Assembly (NCBI RefSeq): GCF_964204865.1
Contig: NC_135255.1
Location: forward strand, 3,162,001 to 3,226,000
DNA from: Styela clava
Lineage: Eukaryota
Length of the DNA stretch: 64,000 bases
Reading direction: 5' to 3'
The position numbers were made by a program, and so were the translations under genes. The notes beneath the pieces are model-generated. The model did no database searches, was not told the DNA's origin, and worked only from the letters and a program-made list of their open reading frames with translations. Below, one piece after another: positions 62,380-64,000 of this stretch. Numbering within the stretch: position 1 is the stretch's first letter; each line of letters opens with the position of its first letter.

Positions 62380-64000
62380 ATGTTGAAGGAAATATTTCTA
62401 CCGGAATGTTGCATCCGTTCACAATCAGGAATATTGATTGGTGCTTCAAATGATGACGACACTGTATTATATGTTGTTGCCGTTGTACACTTTCCCGTTA
62501 CACCAAAGAGTTTGAATGCTTACCTTTCTAAATATGAAAAACTGCATGATACTGTCAAACTACGTCCCTTGGGAACTTGGATTTCTAATGAATCCAAGGA
62601 GAAACATGAATTTGAACATATACTACCAAAACTCTTTGGACAAAAGACATGGATTTCCATAAAGATGTCAAAAAACAGTGATGATGAAACCGTTTTTACA
62701 GCTGAGGATCTTGAAATACAAAATATCAGTGCATCATCGATATTATTAACAAATCAATATGTAAAAACTAATGCAGATGTTATGGCAGTAATTTACAACC
62801 AGAAAGACATCTGGGATGGTGAACTTTGCTCAGATTCGTTTTTGAATGTACACAATTCCAATGGTTCTATTGAAAATTTGTTTGTCTTGATTTCTGCCTG
62901 CAAAAATGGGATTCTTTCATATGAATATGGAATAAATTCAAATGATGGCGTTCATGTAACACACTGCTGCATGCAAAGGGAACTCAGCATTATAATTTAC
63001 CTGCTAACAATATTTATCACTGTGCTACTTGGCTCTATACATCTCCCTTTGTACTACTTCAAGAAAATATATTCAGGTATTTACAAGTCAAATACCTGTA
63101 TCCAACGTATATGGCAGAGTATAACTGAGTTGTCTAGCTTACTTTCTCATGCAGAAAGGAGGTTTTCGCAATTTGAAGAGAGCATTATGCACTTGTTTGG
63201 AAGTCGAAAAAAAGTATTTGATTCTCACAATAAGTATGAAGATAAAGACATACTTAGTACAATATTCGTGGACATGATTTTTGGCGTGGGTTTGTTAGGG
63301 AGTCTGTATTATTTTGATTTTCTGCCTTCCACAAGAACTACAAAACAAGCCTTTTTACCTTATGTGGAGTCGATAGCGAATCAGGTGAGAAAGATTTAAA
63401 ACCAATAACGTATAAATCATTGTAGACTTTTTGAACTTCTGTCCCGACGTTCAAAAACATAAAACATTTGAATTAATTATAGTGAAATTATTTTATACTG
63501 GCAATAGCATCAGATTTGTATGACAACTTTATATATTTTATATCTCTGTTGGAAAATGAATTAAATTGAAATATAATGTTTTGTATGTTTAATTTTAGGT
63601 TGAAGAATTGATTGAATGGTTAATGGGGTTTCCAGCCGGCTTGAAATTGAACCATCCACTAAACCAATTCTTGGGTAAGAGGCGGTGTGGCATTTTTGGT
63701 AGCACATATGATCATTTGCTAAAATAACAATAAATATAACCTTATACTTCATAATATTAACAAAATGTCAATACTGGTCACTTTCTGGTGCGTTAGTAAA
63801 ATAATTTTTATTGTTTATGTATGAAGATGTTTTTTATTCTAATTTTAAAAAAAATCTGGAACAATTAGGTTTTTTTTTTTTCAGGTCATTTTTTCCTCTA
63901 TCATGTTCGATTGTGGCTGGAATATTCGAAAATGATGATGGAGTTCATTCCTTATCTGATCACATATTGTTTGATGACATCTTGTTTGGGATTGTCATTT
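62380..64000 (+). CDS. PIGQ: GPI-GlcNAc transferase subunit Q (PIG-Q/Gpi1), 5' part; runs off the window. Exons 62380-63384, 63599-63674, 63885 onward
   Basis: MLKEIFLPECC..GILIG..VVAVVHFP N-terminus, and the spliced Gpi1 signature [33 protein letters not shown]. Confidence 0.93.

Noticed and set aside
43137-64000. Functional link between the putatively GPI-anchored CAP gene and the nearby GPI biosynthesis gene PIGQ
   Set aside because: About 16 kb apart with unrelated genes between; no evidence beyond coincidence.

Overview
AT-rich, intron-containing eukaryotic genomic DNA with compact genes. The gene content and the style of the divergent C-type lectin suggest an ascidian (tunicate), possibly Styela-like; this is inference. 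I assembled nine host protein-coding genes by hand from splice sites and reading-frame phase: the 3' part of transportin-3 (TNPO3); an orphan Ser/Arg-rich protein with a GC-AG intron and recurrent R/T-x-x-S-A motifs; an F-spondin with eight TSR repeats; a divergent calmodulin/centrin-like EF-hand protein; a CAP (GLIPR1/PI16-like) protein with a long pro-region and a probable GPI signal; a minus-strand secreted mucin-stalk C-type lectin-like gene; and a tightly packed same-strand trio YJU2-OTUD6B-PIGQ that may be a trans-spliced operon. Mobile DNA includes a decayed hAT transposon with perfect TIRs and an 8-bp TSD sitting against a splice donor of the lectin gene, a 956-bp hAT MITE nested in tandem Helentron-like repeats, a tRNA-derived SINE family and many small MITEs. 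I saw no CRISPR array, rRNA or intact tRNA, and no unambiguously novel system; the best leads are listed as findings.
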